A DNA stretch of 53,671 nt, the filler included, from Squatina squatina (Eukaryota), in the NCBI GenBank assembly GCA_031763465.1. It is 3 parts of 3 records of this genome, joined end to end, with 100 filler letters (N's around TTAATTAATTAA, not from the genome) between each part and the next. Parts side by side here need not be neighbours in the genome. Positions count along the whole stretch, not along the records: positions 39,449 to 53,671 come from JARFOE010000013.1; 2 more parts are not named here. One strand, given 5' to 3'. Positions 47,461-53,671 of this stretch are shown piece by piece. The position numbers were made by a program, and so were the translations under genes. Position 1 is the first letter of the stretch, and each line of letters begins with the position of its first letter. A model generated the notes under the pieces. It did no database searches. It was not told the origin of the DNA and saw nothing but the letters and a program-made list of their open reading frames with translations.

Positions 47461-49149
47461 CTCTCTCTACGACCTCTGGGAGGATGCTGTAGTGTGGGCT
47501 GTGCCACCAGTGGTTGTGCTGGCTCAGGCAAGTCAAGGGGTTATTGGGCATGGTCATGATGAGGAGCTGGTGCTGCCTTCTCCCTACCCTCATTTTGCAG
47601 TGTCCTCATCTCTCTCTGCACCAAAAGGAGCCAACGCCTGTGCCTGAGGTACCTCATGTGGTGTTGTTTGAGTTCCCAGTCCACCACTGGAGCAGCACCT
47701 TGAACGATCTGGTGAGCACTAAAATGCTCACCCAAAGGCAAAGTTTTGTGTGGGTAATACTAGTCCCGACTCGCAGACAATGCCTCCAGTTTGATTGAAC
47801 CGTCAGCAATGCAATTTATGGAACCAACACGGCGAACCCACCAAACCCTTTAAATAGCGCCAAAAATCAGTGGAGGTGTCACCGCGATTTTTAAAGGTTT
47901 TTATTCCTTGTTAGGCTGCCATTTTTGGCACTGCGCCCATTGATGATGTCATGGACGTCATTCAATGCCCAACGCCAAGTTTGTAACTCTCCTGGAACAG
48001 TGCCCATTTGGCGCCGGGGCTGCTTTGATGCAAATTCCGCATCGGAGCCCCTTAGCGCCCAAAACGGCGTTAGACCCTAGTGCCCGTTAGGTTGCACCTG
48101 TGCTATGTGACCAATGGGTGCCCATAATCTTTTTTTCTAACTCTTTGTGCTTTACCTGATAGCAGCGTAGGATCCCTTTAAATTGTTTTCAAAAAGGCCG
48201 TCTGGAGACTTGGAACATCCATGGTTGGTGGGCGAAGCAGGAAATGGCATTAGTCAGGTGTAAAGTCCGAAACTGGCTCTGGCATCGTCGTCATAATGGC
48301 ATAACTTGACCCAGATTTTCATATGTTCATGAGGCTCCCACTTGTTTCAGGTGAGATTGCTGGCCACCTATATCCTAGCCCCAGTAAAAATGAAAGGTTG
48401 CGGGAATGAGGCAGTTCCAAATGAGCCCCCATTTTTCATCTCGCTACTGCCCGAAAACGAGGATGAAAAACCAGCCCCTTATCTTTTTCTGTCTTGCCAC
48501 ATTTAAAATTTAAGAAAGCCTGAAGCACAGTTAATTAACAGAGCCCAACCATCTCCCCTTTGAATAATATTCTCAAACTTATTTATTCTGTGCACGGCAG
48601 CACTTTCTTTGCCTATCAGTCTTTCCTAATAAAGTTCATTAGTTTTGTGCTGAAATAAATGGAGCCTCTTTCTCAATCAACTCCTGATAGTAACAGCACG
48701 AGAGAGCTATTAAATTGTTTTATGTAATATAATCAGCTGCTCTTTAATCTAACATTTGAACTGATCAATACAAAGTAGTGGATAATACAGTTCATGCTTT
48801 GATGCTTGTTCACAGCAGAGACCGAGTGACGGCATTAAATGGGCTCTAAATTTGCACTCCAAGTTTGCTGCTTCTCTATCTAAAAATCACTCAAAAACGT
48901 TATCAAGCTACTTGGCAATGTTTCTCCCCTTAGAGAATAGTGTGAAGTAACGGAAGGATTTGCAGGCTGATTGGCGTGATGCTCCTTCCCTGGCCGTGAT
49001 CACCTTTATCCCAGCCGAGGAGGGTGGTTAGGCCCATGTGGAGGGTTCTAGTGGCTCCCACAACCCGTAGGAAGAGTTGCAAGAAAAGGGTTAGGAGGGG
49101 TCACCCGTGCCCATCGGACGTTAAACAAAGAATTCAGAGCCGGGATTGT

Positions 49150-49215
49150 TTGGCGTGAGGTTTGAACCGTGTACGTTCTGAGCCGAGAATGCCATCTCTA
49201 AGCCAAAGTGTCGCT
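49150..49215 (-). mobile_element. Possible tRNA-derived SINE head
   Basis: Minus strand TGGCTTAGAGATGG (A-box-like) and GGTTCAAACC (B box) at plausible spacing; no full cloverleaf. Confidence 0.35.
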
Positions 49216-49799
49216 CCTTACTTGCTCATGAAAGAAAATCCCATTATTCACAGTNNNNNNNNNNNNNNNNNNNNNNNNNNNNNNNNNNNNNNNNNNNNNN
49301 NNNNNNNNNNNNNNNNNNNNNNNNNNNNNNNNNNNNNNNNNNNNNNNNNNNNNNGTGACCTGTGCTAATAATTCAGGGTTGTCATTTAGTTTGACAATAC
49401 CTTTTCAGTGACTTGCATATTTCCTTCAATTTTAGAGAGGTTCAAAATAAAAATTATTTTGTGCTGATTTTATCCAAATTTACTCAGGTTTTTTGAGGTT
49501 CAATTTTTTCCGCTAATTTCTCCCTTTTTTTAACATTAAAATAAAACCAGAAAAAAGTCACAAAAGTTGCTTGTTGGCAATAAAATAATTGATATTAGAT
49601 TTCTTCGAGATCTTTGATTTACTTAGTTGTTTAGATATTTGTACAGGTTTTAGTCAAGTATCTTTTTGCCTATTTTGTAATGTAGCCTTTGCATCTTGAC
49701 TAGGTTGTCAGGCGATAATCATTATCGCTTCACATATTGCTTCTCTGATCAGTGAGTGACTTAGCATTTGTCTGCTTCATCTTGGCTAATTCCCTGGTT

Positions 49800-50092
49800 T
49801 CAAATAGAATTGAAAAGCACAGAGGTTATGTTAAGCTTGGAAAGTACCTTGGTTAGAACGCACTTGGAGTACTAAGTGCAGTTCTGGTCTCCGTATTACC
49901 AAAAAGATATAGAGGCACTGGAGAAGGTGCAGAAAAGATTTGCAAGGATGAGGATGATACCAGATCTGAGAGATTACAACTATCAGGAAAGATGGAACTT
50001 TCTGGGCACCTTTCTCCAGAAGAGAGAAGGCTGAGGGGTGACCTAAAAGGGGTCTTTAACATTATGAAAGGTTTTGATAGAGTAGAAACAGA
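49800..50092 (+). mobile_element. CR1 LINE C-terminal RT fragment
   Basis: TLVRTHLEY.VQFWSPYYQKDIEALEKVQKRF...RRLRGDL..VFNIMKGFDRV. Confidence 0.88.
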
Positions 50093-50093
50093 C

Positions 50094-50785
50094 GGGCCCC
50101 AAATTGGCAGCGCCGAAACCGGCCAAGCATTTGGGGCGCCATAGCCCAATCTGCACCGCGTCACCAGCGACGCACAGTGATGCGGACATGGGCCTTTTGC
50201 CGACGTTTCGGGCCAGCTTAATGTGGCAGCTGTAAATCAGCGTTGCCACGCCACTGACCTGGCGGTGACCCGGCCGAATCGGCATCACTGCCGGATTACG
50301 CCACGCTGCCGGCGCAACCGCACATGTATAAGCTGTGGCCCTGCCCCCGCCTTAAATGCAAGGGTCGCAGGCTTGCCGCTGGGTTAAGGATCCAGGGCTA
50401 CTGGACCACCAGGGACTCCGGAGCCAGTGGGAACATGTGCCGGCACGCCAGGGATCCTGCCAGCAAAGGGGGTCAAGGTGGTTGGAGGGCTGATCGGCCG
50501 CCACACATTGGCTGACAATAATGTTAGCCGATGTTTAAAGATGGCAGCCGCCGGCACAAGACCCGCGCCTTTAAAACGTCAGTGACCCCCACGGGTGAGC
50601 CGGCCTCCAGTTACAGAGGCGGCTCACCCGCGGTGCACACGGGGGGGCAGGGGTCGCGGCCAGGCACACAGGGGTCGGTGCGTGATCTGATGACGTCGCA
50701 CGTTCGACCCCAGCGCCAACCGCGTCCCTGGCGACGAGGCCTAAGCACCACCGGGGCGCCAGACCCAATAGGGGAAATCAGCATT
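50094..50785 (+). mobile_element. GC-rich non-autonomous DNA-transposon-like element abutting the CR1 fragment
   Basis: Abrupt switch to CpG-rich sequence at gggccccaaattgg; motifs shared with 40480-40981. Confidence 0.55.
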
Positions 50786-51212
50786 TTTTATTTGTACGTT
50801 GCTTTTGTGCCTAGGTAGTTCAATTGGGCCCCTTAAATATTTATCATCAGTCACATAGGAAACATTAACAGAATATGAACAGAATATTACACTGGCACAT
50901 TATTAGAAGATATACAGGAAAAATGGTTGCCGTGAAATCGTTGTAGCTGAGGATGTTATCAGGGATCATGAATTTTTAAAGTACAAAAACGTTGATTGCA
51001 TTACCAAGGTCGTTGAACATTATCTGGAAGCGATTACCTACTGCAACGAACAAAGGTATAAATTAGCCATTCCATTATTTTAAAATAAGCTGTAAAGTAA
51101 AAGGCAATGGCTGATAATGTTTTCTATTATAAATTCTCTTTAGAATAGCAGCTCTCTGGGGTTGGTGCCAGAAATCAAGTAACCATCTTTAAATATAACA
51201 TGTACGTACAAT

Positions 51213-51370
51213 GGGGATGAAATTGGTCTTTGCCAGTGGTGAGAATGGGGCTCATAGTGAACTATGCCCGATTTACACGGTGCCTGTTCTTTTCCATTGA
51301 AGTGTAAAATGGGCTGCCGATTTGCTGTGAGCTTGTTCTGTGCTGCTGGCAAAGACCAATTTCTCCCCCC
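51213..51370. mobile_element. Palindromic MITE-like element
   Basis: Perfect 18-bp inverted repeat GAAATTGGTCTTTGCCAG (51219-51236) / CTGGCAAAGACCAATTTC (51346-51363), inner arms also complementary, AAT on both flanks. Confidence 0.75.
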
Positions 51371-52029
51371 AATGCGTTTATTTTACATAAGCTGCCAGCC
51401 CTGGTATATGCCCTATTTGTATCATGAACTGTTTTGCAAAATCTTCTTTGCTCAGAACATAAATAAATTTTTAATTTGTTTTGTTATTGATTTTGAAGTG
51501 GCTTACAGTGTAAGTAAGGTAGAGGCCATTGTGTGACCACCATGTGAAACAGTCTGAAATGGGTAAAAAAAAAAAATTGTAAAATATGAAATTAAATTCT
51601 CTCTCTACCTTATATGAAAATAAACAGGGCACACGCTGGGAGTGCTTGACTCACAAAAAAAAACTACTTAAAAAACAAACTGCAACAAAGTTCAGCGCAG
51701 GTAAAACTTAAAGGGCGCCCAATTTATCGTTTTATTTAGGCGTTAAAATGGCGTTAAATGGGCGCAAAGTGCTTAACGCCAACTTATAGCCTTAAGAATT
51801 TTGCCGCAAAATTAATCTGCCGTTATTGCTGGCGCTAAACGGGCGTTAACGGGTTTTGGCCACAATCGTGAGTTTTGGTGCCAGAGAATCCCGATGACGT
51901 NNNNNNNNNNNNNNNNNNNNNNNNNNNNNNNNNNNNNNNNNNNNNNNNNNNNNNNNNNNNNNNNNNNNNNNNNNNNNNNNNNNNNNNNNNNNNNNNNNNN
52001 ATGATAGGGGTAGATTTTCACTTCTGGGT

Positions 52030-52162
52030 GACCCATGTCTCAGTGGGTAGCACTCTCGCCTCTGAGTCATAGGTCCAAAGTCCCACTCCAGAGACTTGAG
52101 CACAAAAATCTAGGCTAACACTCCAGTGCAGTGCTGAGGGAATGCTGCACTGTCGGAGGTGC
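52030..52162 (+). mobile_element. DeuSINE/SacSINE1-like tRNA-derived SINE head
   Basis: ctcagtgggtagcactctcgcctctgagtca...gtcccactccagagacttgagcac...tgctgcactgtcggaggtgc; same family as 21592-21792. Confidence 0.8.
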
Positions 52163-53025
52163 TGGACAGCTGAAGGCATGACCACCAGTGGTGGAGTGAT
52201 TAAAACCATGGATGCATAAGAGACCAGAATTGGAGGAGTGCAGTGATCTTGGAGGCAGGCGCTTTGGGCACCCAATAGTAGGCTCCTTTTAAAACGGAGT
52301 CAGCCGCAACGTCATTGGTAACAAGGCTGTTAGGCTACCAACCAAATTCTGAGGCCGTTACCGCTCCCATTAACACCAGACAAGGGCGCTCAAAAGTAAC
52401 CACACACGCACATTGTGACTTCCAAAATATATCTGTGCTGTTATATTTCTGTTAAGATCAATTTGCTTCACTAATAACAGCTTAGTTTTAATAAGGTGAC
52501 CTTGTATCTTGTGGTTCCATCATCTTTACCACCAAAGCAACAAAGGCATAACCTCAGAATATGTTAACAGCCTAGTTGTGAAATGGTGTATCATCTTGCT
52601 TTATCAAGATATTATTATGGATAACCTTCTCGGTGTCTGGAGGTCAAACAGATGATAAAGTAGCTTTTTATTAATATCATACCCACACTGGCTTTGCTGG
52701 TCATCCCACTTTAAGACGATTGGAATAAATATAGTTTACCATGATTTGTGTGTGTGCGTGCCTGTCTTCAGCCTTCCACTGTTGCTGTCTTCTGGTGTTA
52801 CCTCAGCAGTCTGCAAAGCAGCAAATACCTTGTTTATGAGAAATAGGGAATACTAAGTATTACAAATTGTGTATTGTCCCGTTTGGGGGCGTTAACCTTG
52901 GTGAGGCAGGACTTCCTGCGCTTGGNNNNNNNNNNNNNNNNNNNNNNNNNNNNNNNNNNNNNNNNNNNNNNNNNNNNNNNNNNNNNNNNNNNNNNNNNNN
53001 NNNNNNNNNNNNNNNNNNNNNNNNN

Positions 53026-53195
53026 AATGTGGTTGACTCTTATCTGCCCTCTGAAATGGCCCAGCAAGTCACTCAGTTGTGAACAACCACTACTGCAGTG
53101 GTTCAAGAAGGTGGCTCATCACCACCTTCTCAAAGGGCAATTAGGGATGGGCAAGAAATGATGGCCTTGCCAGGGATGCCCACATCCCGTGAACT
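53026..53195 (+). mobile_element. 3' terminal region of a common shark retroelement
   Basis: aatgtggttgactctt...ccctctgaaatggcc...gggcaattagggatgggcaa...gcccacatcccgtgaa, recalled as a recurrent shark LINE tail. Confidence 0.55.
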
Positions 53196-53671
53196 GATAC
53201 ATTCTTTAAGTTAAATCGGCACAGGCGCCATGGGCTAAATGGTCTCCTTCTGTGCTGTATCATTCTGTGACTCTAAATCCTTTGTGATTTGGTTAGTCTA
53301 AGAATAATGCACAAGTTCTCAAGGCTGTGAATGGTTCATTTCCACTGCTATAGCACTGGTAGATTAATAATTAATGAGACAAATGGTAGTTTAAGCTGTT
53401 AGTCGAAGGGCTGGTAATTTCAGTGTCTCTAACATAAAACTGCACAACAGTGTAAAATCAATGGTCTCCATTTTCCACAGTATTGATTCTTTGATGGCTG
53501 TGATGATGTTGCCTTACATTTTAGTTTATCATGGAGATGTCTGCTTTTATTAATTTTCTGGTCAATGTGCTGAAAGTCATTAACGGTGCGGAACAAGAAA
53601 ATCAGCCAAACCAAGAAGGAGAAAACATATATGCTGGAAAACTGTAATGAAGACAGAAAATGCTGGAAATA

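Noticed and set aside
52030-52100. tRNA gene (also 21720-21790 and 49150-49215)
   Set aside because: A/B boxes without a complete cloverleaf, continuing into SINE-type sequence

Overview
Eukaryotic genomic DNA, almost certainly from a cartilaginous fish (shark-type CR1, DeuSINE/SacSINE-like, Tx1 and Harbinger repeats), from a heavily gapped draft assembly. Two artificial linkers (44 N + TTAATTAATTAA + 44 N at 24647-24746 and 39349-39448) split the window into three unrelated scaffolds. Scaffold A (1-24646) is a string of ~1 kb contigs joined by 100-N placeholders. It carries isolated exons of the human-9q34-like block RPL7A (with an intronic SNORD36), PPP1R26, CARD9, SNAPC4, INPP5E, SEC16A and NOTCH1, plus retroelement remnants and putative enhancer sequence. 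Scaffold B (24747-39348) holds TAF4 exons 1-3 (minus) head-to-head with LSM14B exon 1 (plus), with a degenerate TTAGGG array between them. Scaffold C (39449-53671) has no recognisable host exon, only CR1, SINE, Harbinger/MITE remnants and AT-rich non-coding DNA. I found no convincing evidence of a new biological system. The most notable items are a dual-guide SNORD36, a perfect Sox-Oct composite motif near NOTCH1, an abrupt break in TAF4 exon 1, three unassigned exon-like segments and several transposon structures. Gene calls rest on recalled similarity to vertebrate orthologues plus splice signals; no database search was run.
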